The notes below the pieces were generated by a model. The model saw only the letters and a program-made list of their open reading frames with translations, had not been told where the DNA came from and did not search any database. This document shows, piece by piece, positions 46,738-55,224 of a DNA stretch of 64,000 nt. Origin of the DNA: Escherichia phage A73; the sequence record OP778609. The stretch is one strand, 5' to 3'. How positions within the stretch are numbered: position 1 is the stretch's first letter; each line of letters begins with the position of its first letter. The translations under genes were made by a program, and so were the position numbers.

Positions 46738-47045
46738 GCTGATTCCCCTTCTTCGGTATTATCAAGATAATGATACTGGTCGATTAAGAACACATAGTTC
46801 TTTACTTCTCCGTCCATGTAAACCATAAAAGTTACATATTTCTCATCATAGAACGGATCACCAACAACATAGATCTGGCAGATAGAATCAACACGTTTGT
46901 CAAACCACTGGATTCGCCAAGGCTCCTCAAGCATAGTCCAAGGTTCTTCAATCTTGTAGACCTGGCGCTTTGCGCCAGGAACGAGTGCTGCACGAATTTC
47001 GTCAGCGATCATAACATCATCAAAACTCTCAGAAAAACCCGACAT
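46734..47045 (-). CDS. hypothetical protein (103 aa)
   Basis: ORF. Confidence 0.5.
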   Translation of the reverse strand: MSGFSESFDDVMIADEIRAALVPGAKRQVYKIEEPWTMLEEPWRIQWFDKRVDSICQIYVVGDPFYDEKYVTFMVYMDGEVKNYVFLIDQYHYLDNTEEGESA

Positions 47046-48154
47046 TAAATACCTACCCGTTTTAAAGTTGAGGCTAATGTTGTCTTATCATTTTCTGTAC
47101 GCTTCATATAAACACACTGGAAAATGACAGAAGCCCACTGACCCGCCGAAAACTTACGATGATTACCTAAATGATCTGTGTATTCAACACCATCAGGAAA
47201 CCACTTCTTATATTGATCAATAATAGCCAACCACATACTCTTCTCGTCTGCACAAGGGGAGATGACCTGGAAAGCCGATGTTTCACCAAAGCGAAGACCC
47301 TCGAAGGTTTGATATGGTTTAACGTTATCCGCTGCATCACCAAATAGCATTTGGTAACCGAAGAATTTCTTACCCCAACCTTTTACCTTACCAGACTCCA
47401 TCCAGATCTCACCCATAGAATCATCGATCAACCAAAGTTCAGGATGTTTCCATGTACGCTCTGTTGAGTCACGCATTGTGTTAAACAACAAAGAAGGAAC
47501 CTGAACCTGATCCTTATCGAATGATGCCACAATATGACTAAACTTTCCAGTCTTCCGATAATTTAAATATCCTTTATATCCAAGGATCGATAAATAATCA
47601 TCTGCCTCAATACCATCCACAATGATCGCACCATACTTCTGCTGAACATATCGACGAGTCTCCCCAAGCAACAGAGGACGTAAAGTATCTTCACGGTTAC
47701 CCTTATAGATCTCAGGGGTCGGGAGTGCAAGACGGAAGTTACCACTCCCACCTAAAACACCAAGCCCGTTTGCTGATCCTACGTGTTCAAGAATAGCATT
47801 GATCTTAATCTTCAATAAGTGAAGACAGTTCTCCACTGGTTCTGGAGTTTGCTTTTCAATGATCTCGAAATCATCACGGGTCCACGGAGTAAATTCTTTT
47901 CCGCGAGCAACCGCTTTTGCTTCCATATTAATGTTTTGGTCTTTTAACCATCCACCAACAACATTCTTTTGGCGACCCCAGAATTCTGTTCGATTTTTAA
48001 ACTCTTTCTCTCGGCCTGTTTCTTTGTGCCGAGCAATGATCGTTCGCTTCTCTGCACCTGCCGCAGCCACGTATGCTGTCTGGTCCAGATCCAATGCCAC
48101 GACAACATTATCTTCGACAATACCTGACCAATCTTTAATTACCGGATAACCCAT
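47045..48154 (-). CDS. 5'-3' exonuclease / flap endonuclease (FEN family, T5 D15-like)
   Basis: GIEADD, FDKD and GDAADNV motifs typical of 5' nucleases. Confidence 0.75.
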   Translation of the reverse strand: MGYPVIKDWSGIVEDNVVVALDLDQTAYVAAAGAEKRTIIARHKETGREKEFKNRTEFWGRQKNVVGGWLKDQNINMEAKAVARGKEFTPWTRDDFEIIEKQTPEPVENCLHLLKIKINAILEHVGSANGLGVLGGSGNFRLALPTPEIYKGNREDTLRPLLLGETRRYVQQKYGAIIVDGIEADDYLSILGYKGYLNYRKTGKFSHIVASFDKDQVQVPSLLFNTMRDSTERTWKHPELWLIDDSMGEIWMESGKVKGWGKKFFGYQMLFGDAADNVKPYQTFEGLRFGETSAFQVISPCADEKSMWLAIIDQYKKWFPDGVEYTDHLGNHRKFSAGQWASVIFQCVYMKRTENDKTTLASTLKRVGI

Positions 48155-48168
48155 GAAATCTCCCCTTA

Positions 48169-48687
48169 TTAAAATGCTTCGCCGTAATCTTCGTCTTCTT
48201 TAACTTCTTTTACTGGTCGCTTAAATTTGAAATCTTGACCCATGTATTCATACAGATAATCAATATTCAAAGACCATTCTTGCTTACTTCTTTGTCGCCA
48301 TAAACTAAATTCTTCTTTCAAATAATCAATCGCCTGATCACGAGTGATGTTGTTAACCTTCATGAATTGACGAATTGCCCTTTCAAGGTGTCCATTCTTT
48401 TGTGCTAACCCAGGATGCATGAATTCATGACAAGGTGGGCAAAGACACATAAGGCCGACAAGTTTAACCTCTCCATTTTCAAAAGTCCACTCTTCATGAC
48501 ATTCTACCGCATGTTTTCTTCCATTACCTCCCTGACCGTTACATATCTGACAATGCCAGTTGTGCTCTGCATAACTTTTCTTGCGGATCTTATCCCATTG
48601 GGACTGAGTAAGATATGAACGTAAATTGTTATTCCATGCTGTCTGTGGGATTATGCAAATTTTATGTTTTATATCTACCATTTTCAT
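48169..48687 (-). CDS. putative zinc-binding HNH-like nuclease (172 aa)
   Basis: C..C...H...CHE...C..CH...H pattern. Confidence 0.4.
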   Translation of the reverse strand: MKMVDIKHKICIIPQTAWNNNLRSYLTQSQWDKIRKKSYAEHNWHCQICNGQGGNGRKHAVECHEEWTFENGEVKLVGLMCLCPPCHEFMHPGLAQKNGHLERAIRQFMKVNNITRDQAIDYLKEEFSLWRQRSKQEWSLNIDYLYEYMGQDFKFKRPVKEVKEDEDYGEAF

Positions 48688-49193
48688 TTTCCTCTAAAGT
48701 TGCCTTCCAGTTCAGGGTATTTTTCATTTTTTAGATCGAGGTAAGCTTGTTTTGCTTCCTCTTCTGTTTTGCAATACTTCACGTACTCTCGACCACCCCT
48801 GTTAAGTCTTGCTTGCCAGCAATTACTCTTTTTATGCCAACGATAACCTTTACTCAGTGACCTGTTTACGTTGTTTGCAGATCTATCGACTTCTCGCAGA
48901 TTCCAACCTGCATTATTTTGTCTATTCCCGTCTATGTGATCAATATCTCCAAGAGGCCAATACCCATTAAGAATGAAAAACACAACTCTATGCGCCCTAT
49001 AAGTTTTGTCATTAAGATTCCCGTAAAAATAATTACGATCTCCTTTCTTACATGTTGTGAAGGCGGGATCTCCTATCTCAGACCTTATTCTCTTTATCTT
49101 CCAACGAAGACCTGTATAACTTGACTCATCAACCCCCAGCGATAACTTTATATTTTCAAGTTCCTCCTCGGTTGGGACTCTAACTTTTGTCAT
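48684..49193 (-). CDS. HNH homing endonuclease (169 aa)
   Basis: AHRVVF...DHIDGNRQNN...NLR; paralog at 52876-53376. Confidence 0.75.
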   Translation of the reverse strand: MTKVRVPTEEELENIKLSLGVDESSYTGLRWKIKRIRSEIGDPAFTTCKKGDRNYFYGNLNDKTYRAHRVVFFILNGYWPLGDIDHIDGNRQNNAGWNLREVDRSANNVNRSLSKGYRWHKKSNCWQARLNRGGREYVKYCKTEEEAKQAYLDLKNEKYPELEGNFRGK

Positions 49194-49745
49194 TTAATAT
49201 GCCTCACATTTACCAATCATATTCATAGCTTCAGAAACATCGATAATCATATCGGTTGCTTCGTCCCAAGCTTTCCCCAAGAGATTCTCACCATACCAGA
49301 AACTTTCATCATCTACCATAGGGTGATTCTCATCCATACCGATCCCCCATATACGATCTCTCGGAGAAGCCTCTACAAACTTTAAACCCTTTTTACGGTA
49401 ACCTACCGCAAGTTCACGGAGATTACCATTATCACACATACGACTATACACTAAACGGGTTACAATGTTAAATTTATTTTCATCCCAAACTGCCTGATCA
49501 AAATCCTTAACTTTACGACCTAGCCTTTTAGCACCTTGTGGAGTTACAGATTTAAGGATTCTTTCCGCTGAAGCTTTGTCACCGAAAAGCATAGCCTTTT
49601 CATACATCATGTAATGCTCACCTGTGTGGAAATAAACCCCTTTCATCTTCTGGTCGAAGTTTGAAAACGGAGAGATCTCCTGGTAATGATTACTAAAAAC
49701 ATCACGAAAAGAATAAAAGAACACATGTTTATCAGTGACTCGCAT
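49194..49745 (-). CDS. NADAR-domain (YbiA-like) protein (183 aa)
   Basis: FFYS...FSNF...TGEHYMMYEKA.LF.D...KRLGRKV.DFD...W...K...LR...EASP.DRIWGIG; start MRVTDK with AGGAG RBS. Confidence 0.6.
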   Translation of the reverse strand: MRVTDKHVFFYSFRDVFSNHYQEISPFSNFDQKMKGVYFHTGEHYMMYEKAMLFGDKASAERILKSVTPQGAKRLGRKVKDFDQAVWDENKFNIVTRLVYSRMCDNGNLRELAVGYRKKGLKFVEASPRDRIWGIGMDENHPMVDDESFWYGENLLGKAWDEATDMIIDVSEAMNMIGKCEAY

Positions 49746-49881
49746 AAAAACTCCTATAGATCTAATGCAGATATTGAAATCAAGAATAGCACTACCGAAA
49801 GTAATCCGTCCGGCGTACTGAAAAATCCAATCCAGCACGCTCTTGTGAACAGGTAGAATGCCAGTATTAAAACGATAACCC

Positions 49882-50118
49882 CTAAGAATGTTTCGATTTT
49901 TCTAACTCCCGAGCCATAATCTTCGTAATGTCAGCAAACGCAACATAAGCATGTTTGTAACAACCTACATCAACATTGAGAGACTTGATCTCCTCTTCTA
50001 ATGAATTTATTACATGAAGTGTTTGACGAATAAGATCAACATCCTTAGTCGTTACATTGGGCGAAGCTGTCATCAACTTAAGCCTTTCTTTAATCGTTTC
50101 GATATCTTGATTATACAT
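49882..50118 (-). CDS. hypothetical protein (78 aa)
   Basis: ORF. Confidence 0.45.
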   Translation of the reverse strand: MYNQDIETIKERLKLMTASPNVTTKDVDLIRQTLHVINSLEEEIKSLNVDVGCYKHAYVAFADITKIMARELEKSKHS

Positions 50119-50443
50119 TCACAATCTCCAGTAAAGATCCAGGAATTGAAACAGAACAGTTTTCTGCCATCGGGAATTTAGCAATCCAATCTGAAAGGCT
50201 GCAATAGGCAGACCAATCAAAGTCTTCGTCGAAAACGACAATATTATTAAATTCCACACCATCAAGATTAACAATCTTTTTAATAATCAGGTCTTCGATC
50301 TGACTTGCCTTAAAAAGACCACAGATTTTGGATGGCAAGTTAAGTCCCCACCGTTCACGAAATTCAGAATCTTCAAACTTGAAGAAACCAACTGCCTTTG
50401 CCAAGTCTGCTGCACGGACCTCTAAAATAACCAATTTACTCAT
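50111..50443 (-). CDS. hypothetical protein (110 aa)
   Basis: ORF. Confidence 0.5.
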   Translation of the reverse strand: MSKLVILEVRAADLAKAVGFFKFEDSEFRERWGLNLPSKICGLFKASQIEDLIIKKIVNLDGVEFNNIVVFDEDFDWSAYCSLSDWIAKFPMAENCSVSIPGSLLEIVNV

Positions 50444-50692
50444 TTAATTTTCTCCTCGATCTGTGTAGTGCTGTATAATCTCATTTAAACATTTACCTGT
50501 CAACGAAAATTTCTTAGCTACGTAGCATTCGAGAATATGCTCTTTCAAGTCTTCAGAGTCAGTGTATCCCATCTTCACAATGAAGTTGCGAATCTTAGCC
50601 TTATCTTTATCATTTAAAGAATTAAAATAATCACTTTTAGAATTAATTATCCTCATTTTCAAGTTTCCTGATCTGATAGTAAAGAGAGTCAA
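50444..50692 (-). CDS. hypothetical protein (82 aa)
   Basis: ORF. Confidence 0.45.
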   Translation of the reverse strand: MTLFTIRSGNLKMRIINSKSDYFNSLNDKDKAKIRNFIVKMGYTDSEDLKEHILECYVAKKFSLTGKCLNEIIQHYTDRGEN

Positions 50693-50915
50693 TGATCTCT
50701 TCGTTGGCCTTAATGTACATATCCCGTAAGAAAGGTTTCAACCCATCACGCAAAATATTTCCATCACAAGCATCGTTCAGGTATGGATGACCTAGAGCCT
50801 CCCAGGCAGGTTGATTGGTATAAGTGCCCCAGCCTTCATTCATCATCTGGTTAAGATACTCGATTTGTTTTATCTTAAGCTGCAAAGCTTCAATAGTAAG
50901 CTGTTTAATGTTCAT
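50643..50915 (-). CDS. hypothetical protein (90 aa)
   Basis: ORF. Confidence 0.45.
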   Translation of the reverse strand: MNIKQLTIEALQLKIKQIEYLNQMMNEGWGTYTNQPAWEALGHPYLNDACDGNILRDGLKPFLRDMYIKANEEIIDSLYYQIRKLENEDN

Positions 50916-51379
50916 CAGTAAAGGTCCTCCGAGTAAAGTTCTTTCTCACTTCCACCACGTTCGATACGTACCTGTCCGGCATAAGTTGCAATAACCATTG
51001 CTTCTTCACGAGTCCAGTAATTTGAATATTGATCAATAAAGCCTTGATCATCACCACAAACTTGTTGTGAAACTAATTGGGGACCAACCACATCAAGCAC
51101 TTCAGCCATATCTTTAGAGTAATGACGAGCACCAGGAATGACTATAGTTCCACCATCCTTCAATTTAAACCGATTAGCAGCACATACAATAGTACGTTGA
51201 ACTTTTTGATCATTATTCCAATGACATGTTTGCCAACAGATCTCAGGAATATCGTCCATCATATCTTCGAAAGAGTAATCAGCATTTCCGTATGACTGTA
51301 GTTTTTCAAACAAACTCTCTGGAGTTTCACGAGACAAAGCTTTATCCAATAATTCCAGACGTTCTTTAAAAGTTTTCAA
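50915..51379 (-). CDS. hypothetical protein (154 aa)
   Basis: ORF. Confidence 0.5.
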   Translation of the reverse strand: MKTFKERLELLDKALSRETPESLFEKLQSYGNADYSFEDMMDDIPEICWQTCHWNNDQKVQRTIVCAANRFKLKDGGTIVIPGARHYSKDMAEVLDVVGPQLVSQQVCGDDQGFIDQYSNYWTREEAMVIATYAGQVRIERGGSEKELYSEDLY

Positions 51380-51383
51380 TTGA

Positions 51384-51572
51384 TCACCCCTCTGTAGTAG
51401 AATCTTGCTTGGTCATTTCACGAAGAATAAGTGCTCCAACATTTTCAAGAAGTGTTACGAGAGAGTCAACTTCAGGTAACTTAATACTCTTAGATTCTTT
51501 ACTCATCCCATCACGAACTGACGAAATTTGCATAAACACGGCGATCATTTCTTTTGTAAGCTTAATATTCAT
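51384..51572 (-). CDS. hypothetical protein (62 aa)
   Basis: ORF. Confidence 0.4.
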   Translation of the reverse strand: MNIKLTKEMIAVFMQISSVRDGMSKESKSIKLPEVDSLVTLLENVGALILREMTKQDSTTEG

Positions 51573-51647
51573 TTTATCCTCTTTAGTTAGTAGATGAATC
51601 GTTGATCATGGTTGTGGCCCAAGTTGAACAATCTGAAGTAATTTATA

Positions 51648-51869
51648 TCAATTTCTCTTGATGTGTTTACTAGGACAGGCTCCCGCACCGTCTTTATATA
51701 CCACAGCAGACGATCGACCGTTGCTATAAACGCATACAGTTTGGCTACCGTCGCGGTATGAATCTTCTAAGTCTAACGTCTGACTGGCGTGAGCCTCAGG
51801 GAAGTTTAGTACACTCGTAATTAGGCAACCAAGTGCAAAACCCATAATCAGTGCTCTATTTTTGCGCAT
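51648..51869 (-). CDS. small secreted protein with signal peptide (73 aa)
   Basis: N-terminal MRKNRALIMGFALGCLITSVLNFPEAHA with AxA cleavage site; two mature cysteines. Confidence 0.5.
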   Translation of the reverse strand: MRKNRALIMGFALGCLITSVLNFPEAHASQTLDLEDSYRDGSQTVCVYSNGRSSAVVYKDGAGACPSKHIKRN

Positions 51870-51942
51870 TATTTCATATCCTCTTCGTTGGTTGATATAA
51901 GGATTATACAGGATTGGTGGCAGGTGTCAATAGATAGATAAA

Positions 51943-51968
51943 GAAAAACCGCCCCGAAGGGCGGCTTA
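51943..51968 (-). terminator. rho-independent terminator (AAGCCGCCCTTCGGGGCGGTT + U-run)
   Basis: Recurring hairpin family. Confidence 0.65.
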
Positions 51969-51975
51969 AAAATTT

Positions 51976-52218
51976 TTACCAATTTGCGTAACCATCTTGT
52001 TCATCAGTGTCACGATCTACGATTCGTGGCTTTGGAGTTAGATCCATATGAGCAAGAGGCGTACCTTCTGGAATATCATTCAGTGAATATTCAACATTTA
52101 CCAGTTGACCTGTAAGCTCATCCATCTTTTGGGAGATATACGCTGCAACTGATCGACCTTCCAGAGTAGCCAGGTATTTCAGTTTTTCGTAAGTCGCGTC
52201 ATTAAAATTGATATTCAT
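51976..52218 (-). CDS. hypothetical protein (80 aa)
   Basis: ORF. Confidence 0.45.
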   Translation of the reverse strand: MNINFNDATYEKLKYLATLEGRSVAAYISQKMDELTGQLVNVEYSLNDIPEGTPLAHMDLTPKPRIVDRDTDEQDGYANW

Positions 52219-52280
52219 ATTTGTATCTCCTTTTTGTATTTTTCATTATAAGGGCCACACTAACGTGGCCCGATCGTTAC

Positions 52281-52502
52281 TTAAGCTACCAGTTCTAAAT
52301 CTTCAGCTTCTGCGTAGAAACCATCAACGATAACACCATCCTGACGTGTGAATGCAACAATAACATCTCCCCAATCTTCATCGACGAATTCAACAACGCC
52401 AATATCTCCAAATCGAACACCAGACAAACTGTAGCGGTCTTCATAATTACCTAACGGACTGAACTTAACTGTCTGACCTGGATTAACTTCTTTGATATTC
52501 AC
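52281..52502 (-). CDS. hypothetical protein (73 aa)
   Basis: ORF; hairpin GGGCCACGTTAGTGTGGCCC downstream. Confidence 0.45.
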   Translation of the reverse strand: MNIKEVNPGQTVKFSPLGNYEDRYSLSGVRFGDIGVVEFVDEDWGDVIVAFTRQDGVIVDGFYAEAEDLELVA

Positions 52503-52544
52503 AGAATTTCTCCTTATACAACTTTAAGATATTAGCTTTCTATA

Positions 52545-52859
52545 TTATTCACCAAAAGCAACTTCACGACCCATCAGGATATCAAGCTCATTCAGTTGCT
52601 CAATCTGACTTTCAAGCGCTGCACGTTTCTTCTCTGCTGCATCTTGCTTATCGTATTCACCGTTGATCAGGGTACGCAGGAATTTAGGGTCGATGTTCAG
52701 GTCTTCTTTAGTGATCGCCAGTATGCTTTTCAGATCTTCAGCGGCATCTTTCTGACGACGAACAGCTTCAACACCTTCCTGAACAATGTTAGCCAGACGC
52801 TTACGAACTTCCAGGTCAGAAGGCAGGGTAGTGATCAGATCAGTTTTAGATTTAGCCAT
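52545..52859 (-). CDS. hypothetical coiled-coil protein (104 aa)
   Basis: Start MAKSKTD with AGGAGA RBS. Confidence 0.5.
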   Translation of the reverse strand: MAKSKTDLITTLPSDLEVRKRLANIVQEGVEAVRRQKDAAEDLKSILAITKEDLNIDPKFLRTLINGEYDKQDAAEKKRAALESQIEQLNELDILMGREVAFGE

Positions 52860-52875
52860 TTTTTTATTTCTCCTA

Positions 52876-53376
52876 TTATTTCCAATAAAATTTACCATTA
52901 AGATGAGGGTAGAGTTCAAGTTTCTTTTTCTCGTACCACTCCCTCGCTTCTTTTTCACTTAAGGTGTTTTTAGTATACACCCTAACTCCGCACTTTACAA
53001 CACTTCTCCAACAATTTTTCTCTGTACACCAAAAATAACCACGAGCTATTTTATTAGCACCGTTATCCAAATGATCAACCTCTCGGAGATTATCAGGATT
53101 GTTGTTACTTTTATCTCTGTCTATATGGTCTATTATACCACTAGGCCAATAGCCTCTGTCAAGAAAAAATACAACTCGGTGACAAAGATACGGCTTATTC
53201 AAAAATCTACCAGAGAAATACCCACTCTTTGTTACTGTGGTCATTGCTGGGTCACCAACCAAAGCCCTTGGCCCAGGTGATAACTTCCAACGAAGAAAAC
53301 TTATACTTGTGTCATCTACGAAAAGATAATCATTGATTGCATAAAGTTCCTTATCACTTGGGATGTATATTTTCAT
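52876..53376 (-). CDS. HNH homing endonuclease (166 aa)
   Basis: CHRVVF...IDHIDRDKSNN...NLR; paralog of 48684-49193. Confidence 0.75.
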   Translation of the reverse strand: MKIYIPSDKELYAINDYLFVDDTSISFLRWKLSPGPRALVGDPAMTTVTKSGYFSGRFLNKPYLCHRVVFFLDRGYWPSGIIDHIDRDKSNNNPDNLREVDHLDNGANKIARGYFWCTEKNCWRSVVKCGVRVYTKNTLSEKEAREWYEKKKLELYPHLNGKFYWK

Positions 53377-53436
53377 AAAATAACACCTCTATCTTTGCTT
53401 CGATGGGGTAAATAATACCCCATTCAATATCTTCTG

Positions 53437-53781
53437 TCAAGCAGGATTTTTAAGTTCTTTAAAAACAACCTGAAAGACTGGAATTTCATCACTGATCTCT
53501 GACACAAGCAGAGCTACAGTTTCACAAGGTAAAGTACACGTTGCAAATGTTTCATAACCCGTATGGATCTTCAAGGTTAAATTACCTTTTAGTCCAATTT
53601 GGAACTGACGGACAAAAGGACTTAATGCACTGACATAGATCTCATGATAACCGTTTGGACGACGAGCATATTTTTTACCACTCGCAAGACCTGTAATAAC
53701 TAAACCATCAAAAGAAATTTTAGTCTGAGAACCATCATACACAGGTAAGCCAGGTTTTTCAACATCTTTTTCTTGATTCAT
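53437..53781 (-). CDS. hypothetical protein (114 aa)
   Basis: ORF. Confidence 0.5.
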   Translation of the reverse strand: MNQEKDVEKPGLPVYDGSQTKISFDGLVITGLASGKKYARRPNGYHEIYVSALSPFVRQFQIGLKGNLTLKIHTGYETFATCTLPCETVALLVSEISDEIPVFQVVFKELKNPA

Positions 53782-53789
53782 AATTCCCC

Positions 53790-53965
53790 CTATCGTACAA
53801 ACATTTTACCCTGGTCACAATAACCGTTTTTAATTCCTCGTGGAGCAGACAAACATTTTACTGCAATCTCTCCACACTTGCAAGGAGCATTTTCACGTTC
53901 TGCAATCTTTCGATTCTGATCGAAAACTTCACCACATTTTTCACATTTGTAAGAATACAACGGCA
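53790..53965 (-). pseudogene. FmdB-like zinc-ribbon gene interrupted by an apparent 1-nt frameshift
   Basis: ATG at 53965 with MPLYSYKCE N-terminus, then a -1 shift in an A4 run; downstream frame reads CGEVFDQ...PCKCGE...LSAP; one extra A would restore a ~58-aa CxxC...CxxC protein. Confidence 0.4.
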
Positions 53966-53969
53966 TTAA

Positions 53970-54707
53970 TTACATACCCTCCAGGTTTGCTTCAAAATAA
54001 GTGATTGGCTTCATGATCTTGCCATTCTTATCTTTAAATACTACACGATCCATACCATCACCACCTTTTACGATGCTTCCCTTTACACCTTGATAACGGT
54101 TACGGTTACGCAGTTCAATCTGTTCAGCTTCCAAACGCAACATGGCATCAATATCAAAATCAGCTTCTGCAAAAAAGTAATACGTCTTGTAGAAACATTC
54201 CGTAAATTCTTTCACGGTTGGGATCTTGGAATCATTTGAATCCAAAACCTCATTTAAAGCACGACGAGCATTAAAGTTGGAGTTCTGCATGATTGCAACA
54301 ACCGCCATAACGATCCCGTTTGTATTGTCACTCTCGATAAATTGATCAAGAGTTCGATAAAGCGAAGTCAGATTATACGTACCAACATTGTCAGCAGGAC
54401 AGATGTTTTCAGAACCACCTTTCAGGAAGTTGTAATATGATCCAACTACAAACAGGTCGCAAAGTGCATCTATGATTTCCTTACGATTCTTTTTAGTTAA
54501 ACCAAGATCATAAAGTTCATTGTACTCTTCCATAACAAGAGTTTTTTGGAATTTTGAAACATCTTCAGAGAAGTCATGAAAACCACGAGCAACAAAATTC
54601 CAATTTTTTACTCGCTCTGCTGCTTCCCGAAAGAAGCTATTGCCCTTAACATCAATCATCTCGGAAATAAAGGTTTTTTGATCAGTACTCAATTCTTTGT
54701 ATTTCAA
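53970..54707 (-). CDS. hypothetical protein (245 aa)
   Basis: ORF. Confidence 0.55.
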   Translation of the reverse strand: MKYKELSTDQKTFISEMIDVKGNSFFREAAERVKNWNFVARGFHDFSEDVSKFQKTLVMEEYNELYDLGLTKKNRKEIIDALCDLFVVGSYYNFLKGGSENICPADNVGTYNLTSLYRTLDQFIESDNTNGIVMAVVAIMQNSNFNARRALNEVLDSNDSKIPTVKEFTECFYKTYYFFAEADFDIDAMLRLEAEQIELRNRNRYQGVKGSIVKGGDGMDRVVFKDKNGKIMKPITYFEANLEGM

Positions 54708-54760
54708 TTTAATCTCCTTTCGTTTAACTTGGGGCCATTATACATGACCCCTTATCATTG

Positions 54761-55222
54761 TCAACAGTCTTTATAAGTTTCTAGTGCAACTTTACGTGCT
54801 TCATCCTTTTCAATCTCAAACTTAGATCGCTTGTCCTTTCTTGAAGCCTTGTTACGGCGTTTAATGATCCGACGGCAAGCATGATAAAGGCGTGTACCTT
54901 CGTAATCATTCATCCAGAACAGATCGCCATTTACAAAAAGGCTGTCGGAGAAAATACCACAAACCTTTTCAATGTAAGTAACCTTACCTGTGACCGTATC
55001 AACAATTGTATAATCAACATACCAAAGATCATCATTGTCTTCACAAGGGTCTTCATGACCTTCAGGAACAAAAACTCCAGAATGTATCTCAAACCGAGGA
55101 GATCCTTTACGAATCAACTTCAAGATCTTACCTGCTGGCTTACGAGTCATCAGCACAGGAGCGCCCAAAATTAAAGAAAGGTAAAGCGCAATCCCCACAA
55201 CAGCGATAATTAAAGCTTCCAC
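54761..55222 (-). CDS. N-terminally membrane-anchored protein (153 aa)
   Basis: N-terminal TM helix LIIAVVGIALYLSLILGAPVL; basic C-terminus. Confidence 0.5.
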   Translation of the reverse strand: MEALIIAVVGIALYLSLILGAPVLMTRKPAGKILKLIRKGSPRFEIHSGVFVPEGHEDPCEDNDDLWYVDYTIVDTVTGKVTYIEKVCGIFSDSLFVNGDLFWMNDYEGTRLYHACRRIIKRRNKASRKDKRSKFEIEKDEARKVALETYKDC

Positions 55223-55224
55223 TA

